Assembly: GCF_024521635.1 (NCBI RefSeq)
Contig: NW_026250414.1
Coordinates: forward strand, 558,001-622,000
From: Tricharina praecox
Taxonomy: Eukaryota
Length of the DNA: 64,000 nt
Direction of reading: 5' to 3'
Shown: positions 39,153-51,539 of the stretch, piece after piece
Layout: every line of letters starts with the position of its first letter
Numbering within the stretch: the stretch's first letter is position 1
Program-made: the position numbers and the translations under genes
Notes under the pieces: model-generated
The model's database searches: none
What the model saw: only the letters and a program-made list of their open reading frames with translations
Told to the model about the DNA's origin: nothing

Positions 39153-39981
39153 TGGCAGATGCATCGTTGCGTACCGTCACGCATGTGCTGCTGCTGCTGC
39201 TGCTGTTGCAATGCTGGGATTTCTTGGGCTGCTTTGGGATTTTGCTTTTGTCTGCGCTTGTGTCCGTGTATGTCCTTATATTTTCTTATGTATAAGGTAT
39301 GAAGTATGTACCAGTTATGTACACATGTAACCAAGACAAGCACAAGCACTCCCCAGTCTCGAGTCTCGCCATCCGCCCATGATCCATCCGCCCCCGTCGA
39401 TCTACCCATCTACCGGCACAAATAACGACACACTGGCTGTTTAACTGACGTTGGGGGCTCTAACTTTCGGTGTGCGCTGTCTGGTTAGAGGTGGTGAGCT
39501 GCTGGGGCAGGGTCGCAGGGGTGAATTTGACAGCGGCACATACCGTGCTGCTTCCATACAACGGTACTCTAGTGGCATAGCTCTGCGGAAGACTCGGTGA
39601 GACCGATTGGTTCATGTCTCACGTCGGTGTACATAGGCCGGGATAGTACCGAAGCTTCTACCTATTGCGTGCTCGATAAATACTCTATGTGTACAAGGTG
39701 TGGGCAGCGTGAATGGGACTCGCATGTGAATGGCAGTCGTGACTCGTGAGGAATACCTACCTACCGGTATCTATGGCTAAATAGGCGCTGGAATTACTAC
39801 TGACTGACCAGGGATAAAAAACTTCGAGTGAGTTGGAGTTGGTGGAGGCCTTGGAATAGCGGACAGCCAGAACTTGAGACTCCAGCCTTCCTTTCCCCCT
39901 TCTACACGTACTTGAGTCAAATGAACGAGTCTCACACTTCCCATCTCCCCCATCAATGAAGCAGGAACAAAAATAGTATGT

Positions 39982-40094
39982 TGACAAGAGGGGGATTCGA
40001 ACCCCCGCCTCTTGCGAGACCAGAATTCGCTACCAGTTTGCTGGTAGAAGACTGAACTTGAGTCTGGCGCCTTAGACCGCTCGGCCATCTTGCC
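39982..40094 (-). tRNA. tRNA-Leu(CAA) with a ~31 nt intron (40026-40056)
   Basis: Minus strand GGCAAGATGGCCGAGCGGTCTAAGGCGCCAGACTCAAG[intron]TTCTGGTCTCGCAAGAGGCGGGGGTTCGAATCCCCTCTTGTCA: A and B boxes, CCAGA/TCTGG anticodon stem, long variable arm, downstream T5 terminator. Confidence 0.95.
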
Positions 40095-40201
40095 TTGTGT
40101 ACTCTCCTCTGCGTCGCCCACCTGTACAACACCCAGCTACACTATGCAACAGCGCTCTATAACGTACAAACAACTAAAACATGGTATAGTATCTATCACT
40201 T

Positions 40202-42065
40202 CTACTCCGTCTTCCTCTTCGCCCCCCTCTCCTTCAACCTCTTCACCACCGCCAGTATCTTCCCTCTAACCGTCATGAGCCTCGCGCCCCTCCTTGGCAT
40301 AGCGTCGGCGGCCACAAACCTGCGCACGAGCAGATTAAAGATACTCCCGAAAGCGAGGGCGATGACGGTGGAGCTGAGTATGATGACGTTGTAGGGCATG
40401 CTAAAGTCCGGGGTGGGCAGGCTGAGCAGCAGGCTCGTCGTGCGGATCGCGAACCCCGTGCGCGGGATCGTGATCACCGCCGCGGCTACGTCGAAGCCGC
40501 GGTTCGCGTCTGGTGGGTACTCCGTGTACCGTAGCACGGATTTGTCGAAATCGTAGGACAGTGTCAAAGTGCTGTTGGGTGGTAGGGTGAGCGCCGCTTC
40601 GAGGTGCGCTCCTCGTGCTCGGTCCAGCACCGGCCGGTAGAAGAGGGAGCGGAGGGGGTCGAGGGGGGAGGGCGGCGAGAGCGTCGTGCGTAAAGTGTGT
40701 AGGTACGGCTTCATGAACCACGGGAGCGACTCGAGGTAGATGAACTCCACGGAGTCGGTGGGCGAGGGGTTGCGGAGGACGGCCTGGACGCCGCCGCGCT
40801 CTTGGCCGTGGCCGGTGAAGGAGCGGGAGGCGTAGAGGGGTGGGGGCGAGATGTCTTGTGGCAGGGGCGGCGATTGCAGTGGGAGGATGATGTCGAAGTC
40901 TTTGCCGTTTGGGAGCACGAAGCACCGCGTTCCGTCTTGCCGCTTGACTTCGTACGAGTCCTGGGAGACGAAGATGGGGCGGCCGGCGGGGACGACGGCG
41001 CACACGTGGGCGGCCGGCTCCTCGGAGCCTGAGCGCGCGAGGGGACACACGCCTCGGATGGGTCTGCCGAAGATCTCGGCGAGGCTCCACGGGAGATCGG
41101 CGAGATCCGCTTGCGGGAAGCACGCGTCGCCGACTCCGTAGAACTTTGTGGCGTCGCAGTTGAGCTGTTCGATGGAACGCGGCTTCGGCACCGGGGAGTC
41201 CCGCCGTTGCAACGAGCGCTCAACATCGAGCACCATATCCACCGTCTGCTCCACCTGCAGCCTGCACCGGTCGCCATCGCACACGGGCTTGATCACCACT
41301 GACATGCTCTGCCACTGGGCGTCGAACAGCTTGTGGCCGTCCAGCAGGCTCGAAATACCCGCACGGCCCTTACACGGCAGCAGCTTCAAGAACGGTGTAA
41401 GATTCTCCGTGCACACGGGTTCCCTAGGCAAGCTCCCATGTAGCAAATGCAGCCTCTCCATCTCCCGTTCGGAGTGATGTCCCTCCGGCTGAAAACTCAT
41501 GACAGGCCTGATCGTCCTGGTCCCATCGATGAAGTTAAGCGACGCGCAGAACAGACCCGAGAGCGCGTTAGTGAGTGTAGTCCAGCGCTTATCCGCGCCC
41601 GCATCGTCGTCGGCCTCGACCCACGCCCAGAGCTCGACCCCCGTGCCTCCCGCCTTGCCGATCGGCGTGCCCCACCGCTCCGCGTCCCACCGCCCGAGAC
41701 TGAATTTTAGGTGCAGCTCGCGCGCGTGGCTTTGCGAGAGGATCTGTGCGAGCGACCGCGGAAAGACGCTGTGGTGGTTGTTGAATGTGCCGTTCATGAC
41801 GAAGCGGAACGATGCGAGGCTAGAAATCTCCCCCGCGCATTAGCACGACACACACGACATCCCCGCGTAGCAATTCAGCTCAGACGTACACCGAGTTCCC
41901 CGGGAGTGTCTTGAGGAGCAAGTTTTCGTCATATTCGTAGTGATCATCGTCGTCGACGACGGCGGAGGAGGAGGAGCTGCCAACGGCGGAGGAGGAGCTG
42001 CCAACGGCGGCGGAAATGAGCGACGTGGCGAGAACGACTGCAATCAGCCGGCGGAGCAGTCTCAT
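40202..42065 (-). CDS. GPI16: GPI transamidase subunit Gpi16 (PIG-T)
   Basis: Signal peptide MRLLRRLIAVV; FPRSLAQIL, GGTGVELWAW, LTNALSGLFCASLNFID, LPREPVCTENLTPFLKLLPCKG, LRYTEYPPDANRGFD, LPTPDFSMPYNVII; one 5' intron. Confidence 0.95.
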
Positions 42066-43220
42066 CGTGAGTGGGCGCCGAGAACGTTGTTCAGGAACAT
42101 GAAATGGTCGGCGTGGGAATGCGTGGTGTGTCGCTGTGCGAATTGGGTTACGTGTGAGCTCCTCGACGAAAGGAGACGTTGAGCATTGGCGAGCTTGGAG
42201 GCGAGGGAGCACGTGAGGCGGAACTTGCCGTCGCGAGTGCTGAAGTGTGAGTCGAATGTAAAATACAACACGAGGGCCTCTCAACCACCAATACATCCTA
42301 TGTAAACCTCTGGGTTTCCATTACTCCTCAAAACAATTCTCTGATGAGGTGTGGTCGGGTACGGAACAATGAACATGATATTCTCACGTGCCTCTCTTAC
42401 CATCTCAGTCTCTCAACGCTACACTTTCCAAGCCAAACTCCAGTCCAATACTGCGTGAGCTCCCAGGCTCCATTACCACTCCAAATAACAACCCCATCTT
42501 TCGCAAATGAAGCATCATACTTACTACGCTACCGTATATGTAAATGTGTGATCCTCTGTGATACTCAGTGATGCTTTTGTGGCGCGCATGTGGTCGTGCC
42601 CGAGCTAGTGTGGCGTCGTCACGGCCGATACCGTAGGTTCGATACTCTACTCTACTCCGAAGTAAGCCGCAGAGCGTAGGGCACACCGGTAGAGGATAAT
42701 ATCCCCGTGTATCCCCTGACCACAAAGTACTTCGAGCAAAAAATACCTACTGTTCTACCGGTAGGCGGTTGCATTGATTTAGGCACCCCGCCCACGCCTG
42801 GGGGCACCTTCTCTATTGTGCGTGGTCCGCGCAGGCTGTTACACCGGATCGTCACAAGCCTCTGTAACATCGGCTGTAGTTGCGAAATCGTCAATGAGTT
42901 GTGGTCTCTGCTCGGACAGATAGATTGAGCGGGGCCCATCGCTATGGTATTTCTACCTACCGACTCTATCTCTGTAAGGCGTCTTGATCCCCGCTACCTA
43001 GATACCGATCGATAGACGAGTGAGCGTGTGGATACTGCTGGGATATAACTATACCTGGAGTTTCGTCTGGAGACAACACTATACGGTACAAGGGATTCTT
43101 GAGCGTACGGTAACTCGCCACCATAGACCACACCCTGCTCCCGACCGGCCACACAAGGAGGCAGACAGCAACCGCCTTCGACCGGGCTCGGTCTCCAACG
43201 CACCATCACCCACGCCAGCC

Positions 43221-44710
43221 ATGACGACCACCCACGACTTCAGCAGCGTTTCCGAGGGCGCCCGCGGCACCTCCGAAGAGAAGCCATCCTCAGACGCCTT
43301 CGAGCTGACGCAGCGACGCAGCGCCGACTCCGCCGACTCCGTCCACTCGCACGATCCAGCGCTGCCCGCAGAAATCGCGAACCCCGGGGAGTACCGCGTC
43401 TACAGGCGACGATGGATTGGCCTCGTGATGCTCATGGTCATGAACATTGTCGTGTCCTGGGGCTGGCTCACGTACGCGCCCGTGTCGAATCTTACCGCCG
43501 AGTGGTTCCGCCTCGACTCCGAGTCGCCGGTCAATTGGCTTAGTACCGTCGTGCTGTTTGCCTATGCTGTTGCTACGCCGTATGAGATCCTTTTCTGTTG
43601 TGGGTTGGAGGGGGGAGAGGGAGGGAGTGTTGCTGATGATGAGACGGTAGTGCCGTGATCTACCTCCTCGGCCGGTACTCGATCAAGCCCACGCTGCTGC
43701 TGGCCGCGTTTCTCCTGCTGGCCGGAAACTGGATTCGCTACGCGGGGACGCACACGCGTTCGTTCAGCGTGACAATGTTCGGGCAGATCCTGATCGGGTT
43801 CAGCCAGCCATTCGTTCTGAGCGCGCCGCCGCACTACAGCGATCTCTGGTTCACGTCGAAGGGACGCGTATCTGCCACGGCCGTCGCCTCGCTGTCGAAC
43901 CCATTCGGCGCCGCGCTGGGCCAGTTCATCAACCCGATGTTTGCGACCACGGCCGACAAGCTCCCGGACATGGTGCTCTACGTCGCGATCATCAGCTCCG
44001 TCGCGGTGCTCGGCTGGGCCGCGTTCCCGGCGCACCCGCCCTCACCACCGGGCCCGAGCGGGCACCACGCGAAAGCGGACTTTGCCGAGACCGTGCGCGT
44101 GCTCAGAAACAGCCGCGACTTCTGGCTGATCTGGGTGATGTTTTCGATCTACCTGGGGCTATTCAACGCGCTCACGACGCTGCTGAACCAGATCATGTTG
44201 CCGCGGGGGTACACGTCGGACGACGCGGGACTCACCGGCGCGCTGCTGATCATCGTCGGCCTCGTCTGCTCCGCCATCGTCTCCCCCATCATCGATCGCA
44301 CACACTCGTACTTCCTCGCGCTGAAGATATGCATCCCCGTCAATGCTGCGTGCTTCCTCGCTTTCATCTGGGTCCCCGACGGCGGGAAGGTCGCCGGCCC
44401 CTGGGTCGTCGGCGCCATCCTGGGCGCGGCCAGTTTTTGTCTCCTCCCCCTGGCGCTGGAGTTGAGTGTCGAGTTTACGCATCCTGTTGCGCCAGAGTGG
44501 ACGAGTAGCCTCTTGTGGTGCGGTGGTCAGCTCGTCGGTGGAATCATGATCCTCGCTATGGACGCGATGAAGACGAAGGATGGCGATATGAAGTGGGCGC
44601 TGGTGCTGCAGGCTGCGTTGGCTGCCGTTGTGGTGCCTGGCGCTTTCTTGACGGGCGCCGGCGGGAAGCAGGCGGGGCTGAAGAGGTTGCTGACTGAGGG
44701 AGCTGTCTGA
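43221..44710 (+). CDS. Major facilitator superfamily transporter (FLVCR/SLC49-like), intron ~43580-43651
   Basis: YRVYRRRWIGL, GNWIRYAG, MFGQILIGFSQPFVLSAPPHYSDLWF..GRVSATAVASLSNPFGAALGQ; about 12 hydrophobic segments. Confidence 0.9.
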
Positions 44711-45842
44711 ATACACAAGCAAGGCAAGGCAAGGCAAGGGATGGGATGGGAGTTGGAGTTCGGAGGGATGCTCTTCTGTTTTTGTTTTTGTTTATTTCCG
44801 GTTCATGGGTTTCTGTGCTGTGGCGATGATGCGTGTAACGTTTTGGTTGCGCTCTTTGCTGCGATCTGGCTTTGGATATAACTGAGAGGCTCGAGATACC
44901 CGTTTGCGTTTCTGTTTAATGGAGGAATGAAGGAAAGTTTTTGCTTGGAAGCGGTTTTGGCAGAGAAGAAACATGGCCAAAGATGCGGGAGCGAGGAAGG
45001 GGGAAAGTTTAAGCACATCATTTCGCTTTGCATCGCAAGGGGAATCCACTCCATCTTGTGCTCCGGAAGTGGACAGTGGACTGCTTTAAGCTTTAACCAA
45101 GCGTAAACTCAAGCCCCCGCACCGTGCTGGGGGGGGGGGGGGGGGGGGAGGGGGGGAAGGTTAAACAGCGTCGGACTAGACCGAGCGCCCTGTCGTAGGG
45201 CTGAGACAAGTGCCAGAATCGAGATGGGCATGTAATGGAATGGTGGGTGTGCGCTGTCCACTTCCAGTGTCCAACCCACCTCCGATTCCTATTCTACCTT
45301 AGGTACCGTATGCTTGGTAGACAGCTGGGCGTCGTCAGGTCGCAGCTTTGTAACCAACCAACCAACCAACCACACCAGTGTGACACCTCCACCACCCCCG
45401 TGCGTGTCGTCGATGGTCCCGCGGCCACTCCTTCCCCGCCGGATCCACGCATCAGAGCGGCGGATATTCGGGATGAAAGCTGGTGATGGTAGTAGGGGGG
45501 ATGAGTTCAGCCAGGGAACGGTAGAGCGCCAGGAACTGCGACTCAGACTCTGCGAGAAACGGTCCCCCCACGGGCCTAGCAGTAGCGTAAGGATTACGTG
45601 CCGACCGCACGGCACGAGATCATGAATGTACCCATTATCTAGCAGCAGCGAGTATGAGGAAAGAGGAGAGGAAGCCTCCACCACCCCATACGGAGCGGGT
45701 TGTCTGCGCTATGCATGTACGCATTCATCTGGCATCAGTGGAGTCCGCGGTAAGCCTTCATAGTCCATGCCACGCCATGCCATAAGCGGGGGACCACTTA
45801 CGTACTGAGAAACCTGCGGTGGGTACGGGCAACTGGGGTATC

Positions 45843-46090
45843 TAACCAATTGAATTGACTAGAAAGCAACAAGAAAAGAAAGCAGCCTGTGTTCTTCAGG
45901 CGGAAAACCTCAAGTAACTCCGCGATGTTGAACTAATAGACAGGTTTCGTGATGGTGGTGATAAGGTCTATGCCTCGTGTGCTGTGTACTTGGAGACAGA
46001 CCGAACATGAAAGTATGATAGCAACAGAGTACGACAACGTTGAGGCGACCGAATCGGGTCTGGCCCCCGAGTCTCACAGTACCCACCGTC
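45843..46090 (-). repeat. Copy A of a diverged inverted repeat pair
   Basis: Reverse complement carries cagacccgattcggtcgcctcaacgttg ... gttcaaca ... tccgcctgaag ... ctttcttttcttgtt, colinear with 47700-47925. Confidence 0.75.
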
Positions 46091-46485
46091 AGCAAAATGG
46101 GTTCACCATCTCATCAAGAGACAGATGGGCGGAATTAGCTTTGAGGTTTGAACAGAGCTCGTGCGCGGCGGAGGCCATACGGAAAATAGCCGTATCTACT
46201 ATAGTAGAGCCCGGGGTTGCCCACTCAGCCTCCATGTACCTACTCTAGAGTAGGTAGATAGAGTACAATGCACACGTGCGAAGGATCCACGGAAACACAA
46301 ACACAAACACGCGATAGGTATGATACCTGGAGGCTGGTTACGTTTGGAGGTTGGAGAGAACAAGGCAGAAGCGGAGGTTAAATACGGGACCAAATCATTT
46401 TGCAAGGTGAGTCGCTTCTGCCGCCTAAAGGCTAAAGTACCGGTGCTATGTACGTACGGGATTTGGGAACCGCCGGTCGGGAATC

Positions 46486-46613
46486 GGGATGGAGTGCAGC
46501 GGCGGCGGGATGGAGTGCAGCGGCGGCGGGATGGAGTGCAGCGGCGGCGGGATGGAGTGCAGCGGCGGCGGGATGGAGTGCAGCGGCGGCGGGATGGAGT
46601 GCAGCGGCGGCGG
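46486..46613 (+). repeat. Perfect 21 bp minisatellite (gggatggagtgcagcggcggc)x6
   Basis: Read directly from the sequence. Confidence 0.95.
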
Positions 46614-47065
46614 GCCGGCCGTTTCTCGAGGACCCAGCTTGGAGAGCCGCAAACAGCCAGCTGGCCGGCCCGGAAGGAGGGGGAGGGGGGGGGGGGGGGG
46701 GGGGGGGGGGAGAGGGGGCTTGGATCGGAACAAATAGCGGTCTACCGCCAGTCGGGCCCGGTGTCCAGTGTCCGGTGTCCGGTGTCCGTTGAGTGCATTA
46801 GGCAGCATCGTCGTGTCGTCGGTACATACATAAATGCATATCAATGGCGATGAACCAGTAGTCCATAGGCGTCGGGGGAAGGAGTGGTGGATATACTCTA
46901 CACACAATGATCGAATGGCGGGTTGGTAGTTGGAACTTGGAACGCCCAGGCCTACTCTGGACCGGCCGCCGTATGTGTGTAGATACGCCGAAAAGTTCCC
47001 AACTTGTCGACTGGCCATCCGGCATCTGATGTGCAGATGTGCAGATGTTACAGGGAATATATCTG

Positions 47066-47125
47066 GAGAAGGAGAAGGAGAAGGAGAAGGAGAAGGAGGA
47101 GAAGAAGGAGGAGAAGGAGAAGGAG
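47066..47125 (+). repeat. Purine-only (gaagga)n microsatellite
   Basis: Read directly from the sequence. Confidence 0.9.
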
Positions 47126-47699
47126 GCTGACGCGGGAACGCAGGAATGTAAGCCGCGCCCGCAGGTGTATGTAGGATGTAGGTACCTGAACCCAGTCGCG
47201 GAGCAGAGATGAACCCACCACCGCCACCACCACCACCTCGAACCGCGATTCGCAGCTATCTACGGTAGGCAGTAGTTGGTGGCTACGAGAGGCAGACCTG
47301 TAGAAGATGCATTACACATTAGACGGCAGTTCATCCAGGGTGATGGAGCGTTATTCAAGGTTGAGAGCGGCTGGCTGACTGGCTGTCGACGGCAGCTGCA
47401 CGGTCAAGGTGCAGGTGTGCCGGGGGTCCTTGGAAGTTGGACGTCAGTTGACCCGACATGGAACGGTGAGACTGTTGACATCCCCCGCTTGCAGAGTGGA
47501 GTACCTAAGTGCATAGATACGATACATCCAAATCGATTCCTCTGTTCATCGCGATGCCACGGCATCCATGATCCAACGACGAGCTCGAGCTTGAGGGCGG
47601 TAAAGTGCGCTCAAGGCGGCCGCCAACACGGCTGCCCCCCCCTCCCTCTCCGGACGCACCCACCCAAGTGCTTAATGCACCCGCCGAGGGAGGAGTTGC

Positions 47700-47925
47700 G
47701 GGGAGCGGTGAGACCGTGAGAGGCGGTATGCATCGACCTATGTGTTATGTCGGGCAGACCCGATGCGATCGCCTCAACGTTGAAATGTTCTCTGTTACTG
47801 CTTTTCTGTTCGTCTTGTTGGTCCGTTTCGTGTTCAACACATCAGTCATTACTCAACACCACAGATATCCGCAGAAGTTCATAGACCTCTTTCTTTTCTT
47901 GTTCTCAATCGAATCGCGTTCTACA
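47700..47925 (+). repeat. Copy B of the diverged inverted repeat pair
   Basis: cagacccgatgcgatcgcctcaacgttg ... gttcaaca ... tccgcagaag ... ctttcttttcttgtt. Confidence 0.75.
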
Positions 47926-47953
47926 TTTGCTCGTACCTGTCGAGGGTCTCTCA

Positions 47954-48057
47954 CTACATCTTACCTCCCTACATCTTACCTCCCTACATCTTACCTCCCT
48001 ACATCTTACCTCCCTACATCTTACCTCCCTACATCTTACCTCCCTACATCTTACCTC
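47954..48057 (+). repeat. 15 bp minisatellite (ctacatcttacctcc)x7
   Basis: Read directly from the sequence. Confidence 0.95.
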
Positions 48058-48438
48058 GGACGAACGAAGATCGCTCGCTACACGCGGTGGCGCCTCGAGC
48101 GAAAACAACTAGCGGTTCTTGCAGTTATCCACTGGCAAGTTGTTGCAAGAATCGCCGTCATTCCGCAGGCCGCAGAGGGGGGAAAGATATGTACGTAACA
48201 AGGTGCCGAGTCGCTGCGTCGTTGGTGACTCCACGATCCCATGTACTCTACATACTGACATACAAGGTACCTCATGGTTCCATCCGGACTCCCGCCGGAA
48301 CATACCACGGAGGGGTGCGCGGGAACATCATATAGCACCTACCTTGCCCTCTATTGGAAGCATGCTGGAAAGGTTAGGCGCCGCGTACTATTGCAGGATC
48401 CTACCTGCTCGTCCCCAAATTACGGTAATCACTGTTCA

Positions 48439-48498
48439 TGCATCTGCATCTGCATCTGCATCTGCATCTGCATCTGCATCTGCATCTGCATCTGCATC
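48439..48498 (+). repeat. Hexamer microsatellite (tgcatc)x10
   Basis: Read directly from the sequence. Confidence 0.95.
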
Positions 48499-50439
48499 CT
48501 GCAAGTTGCGTGCGCCGTGGTAATCCCCCCGCGGCATCACCTCTGTTGCTCGGATTACGCCTGCCCGTGCTACTGGCTTTGTTCTTTGTTCCTTATTCGT
48601 TCTTCGACTCGGATTGGTTACGGCTGCCTGTGCTGACTGCGAAGGACTGGACCGATCAGAACAGATCCCCTGATCCCCACTCGTCGCTGCAGAGAAAGCT
48701 GCCCCTTCGAACGGCTCCCAAGCAGTCACCACTTGATCGGGGACATAGGCCGCAAGCGTTGATGGGCCACCATCATCCTTCGCACCAACAGCCGGTCGCC
48801 GAAAGGTTTTTACATACATAAATTCTGCAACCCGCCTGCAAGTCTGCAGCTCAGCTTACGTGCAGGGATGTACTAGTTTCCTTCTACCATCATTCTAGAA
48901 GTAAGATTAAAGTGTGAATTTGGGCCGCTTATCTCGGCCAGGGTTCGGCGCACCACCAGCAACCACCACAAGTCAGCACATCCTTCTATTGGGAACTTCT
49001 AGAACAATGCCAGCCAATCAGCGGCGACAGGACCGCCCTCGGAGACAAGTCCGTCGAACGAGAGGGAGTTGGTTGGTTGCTAGCAGCTGCTTCCCTCCCG
49101 CTGGCGACTGTTGCACCTCGATCGCCAGTACCTTGTTTCTATGCTGGCTATGATACATACCCAAGTCAGTACTTACCTACTTCCTCTTCACTTGCTCCGT
49201 CCGACCGCTGCAACATTGCAGACCCCTCCCACCCTCGAGAAGAGAAAGGTGTCCGGATTCGCTCCGGCTCCCTGGTGCGGTGGTCTCGCGGGCTTCCCCC
49301 ATCGCGCGACAGCTGTCTGGCATGATCCTCGCTCACGGCAGAAATTCGGATCTCTTCTAGGACTCGGAATTGAATACCTGCCTGTTAGAGGATCATGGGT
49401 ATCCGAATACAGGCGCGCCACCGTCGAGAGAGAGTGTGTATGTGTGTGTGCGCTCCGCCATCCTGGCCTCTGCGTGCAGTCTCTCGCGTCGTCGTGTGAC
49501 CCAGCAATTGCAACACTCTGGAGCATATGAGGCGGCATACCGGGGAAAGCAGTCAGGATAGGAAGCTGGCACACCTGAAGCAGGCTCACCCAGCCGCCCT
49601 CCTTCTGATTAGAGGCGATTGTGCGCATTCCACGCACGTACGAATACAGGCGGGCATATATGCAGGCAGACACACAGACATGGATGTTATGTAGTCCTCG
49701 ACCGTCCTTACCTACGATCTAGCCTGGCGTAGAAGAGGGGAGGAAGGGGCGATGGTGGCGTTCCTCCTTCTAGAAAGGTCTGGGAGTCTAGGTATGTCTG
49801 AATGTCTGAGGGCATTATGGACGTTATTGTGCCCGTCTTAGCGGTGGGCGCGGAGATCGACAACGAGCTGGCCTGGTACCTCCGTGAGAAACCTGGGTTT
49901 ACCTCCCTCCGTATTACTCGATATCATCCGGTTTTTTACAGAATCGCATACATTGTGTGCAACGCCGACATCTTCCCCCCATTCGTCCCCCGATGTTGAC
50001 GGATTCAATCTCATACTGCATGCATAGGTCTTGACCCCACGGCTTGCTGGTTGGACGAGCCGGGCGAATAGATGGTCGAACTCTGAATCTTGCGTCCTCC
50101 TCCACTTCGAAACACCGGATGAGACCAATCACCATCACCACCACCACCACCAGAGGTCCGAGTCCGCTGCTGCTCTGCGTCAATATGATCTACGACCGCT
50201 GAAAGCCTGCACGCTTATTGCCGCCGTCCATGCTCCGCATCCCGTATTACATGGTTCAGCCAGAACTCGTCAAAGTTAATGAGATACAGTGCAACACTAG
50301 ATATCCGGCTGCGCACATCTGTGGCGGAAGGGAGTGAGGGAGGGGGGAGCTTCAAGAAGCCTACTGCACACAATCCAAACTCATATAAGACCAATAGCTA
50401 ACTTCCCGAAGACTCCTTCATCATAAAAGAAGCCCCGTC

Positions 50440-51209
50440 ATGTTGCAGATATCCGCTTCCGGCAGCTACGACGACAAGTCAGCACCTCCAGCGATGGCCA
50501 CCCCACCCGCCAACAACAACGAGCTCAACCCGTGGGATTTTTTCTGGCCGCATCAAGACCAGTCCTACATGGCACCGCAGCAGCAGCAGCAGCAGCAGCA
50601 CAATCCGAACGTGAGCACCACAGCACCATGGTCAACAGCCCAGCCTGCTTTGGCGGCGGCGTCGTCGTACCTTCCTTCTCCCCCGCCCCAGCCCTATCTT
50701 CCATCCCCAACGGTGCCAACATTTCTCTCCTCGCCGATAGCGTCCGCACCATATCCACGCCACAGCGCCCCTCCACCCTCGCCGTCATCCTCCCGCGGAC
50801 AACGGAACCATCTTCCATGTCCCTTCTACGTCCAAAACCCATCCTCGCACCCCAAGTGCGCACAGAAGACTTTCTCCTACATGTGCCGAGTCCGGTAACA
50901 CCTCTTCCGCCTCCCCTTGATGCCTTTACTTCCCCCCCGCTAACTCGCGACTGCAGAGAGCACATATCGACACACACACTCCCCTTTTCCTGCGACATCT
51001 GCGAACGCCGCTTCTCGTCACGGTTCGGTCTGACGAGGCACACAGACACATGTCGAGCCGGCGGCGGTGGCCGGAGGAGATTAGGCGGCGGTGGTGGTGG
51101 CGGTGGTGGTGGGCACGGACGGAGGGACGAAAACTTAGCTTTGCACCAGGCTTTGACGCAGGCGGGATCGGTGGAGGCTATGGTGGGGATTTTGGCACGG
51201 CCTTTCTGA
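50440..51209 (+). CDS. Small C2H2 zinc-finger protein, intron 50895-50956
   Basis: Spliced CPFYVQNPSSHPKCAQKTFSYMCRVR|EHISTHTLPFSCDICERRFSSRFGLTRHTDTC; intron GTAACA..GCTAAC..CAG; Gln/Pro-rich N-terminus; start may be 50493. Confidence 0.8.
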
Positions 51210-51539
51210 GAGGGCACGGTTCTGTTGGCGTTTGGGCTTCGGTGGATGGACGGATGGACAGATGGATGGGCGAATGGATGGTTTGGCCGGTGTATATGTT
51301 TTGGTATTGTGGTTGTATATAGAATCCATGTTTTGAGTTTGTGACGTTGAGCGTCGAGTCTCGAGAGTTATTCAACCAGCGACCGACCACCCGCTCACGA
51401 ATGGGGGCCATGTACTGGAAGGAGGTGTCGACATGCGGAATGGCACAAGATCTCATCACATGACGAAAGCTCTGAATATAATCCAATAGTTGGACCTAGA
51501 CCTAGCAATGTCTAACGGTGCGCCACGAGTGTGCTACCT

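Noticed and set aside
45171..45184. Perfect UaY/PPR1-type site TCGG-N6-CCGA
   Set aside because: About one match to 8 fixed bases is expected in 64 kb, and it is not upstream of a recognisable gene
46486..48057. 21 bp and 15 bp arrays as CRISPR or as repeat-protein ORFs
   Set aside because: Head-to-tail repeats with no spacers, in a eukaryote; the ORFs are open only because the units lack stops
49802..50183. Short overlapping ORFs upstream of the C2H2 gene
   Set aside because: No homology or splice model recognisable
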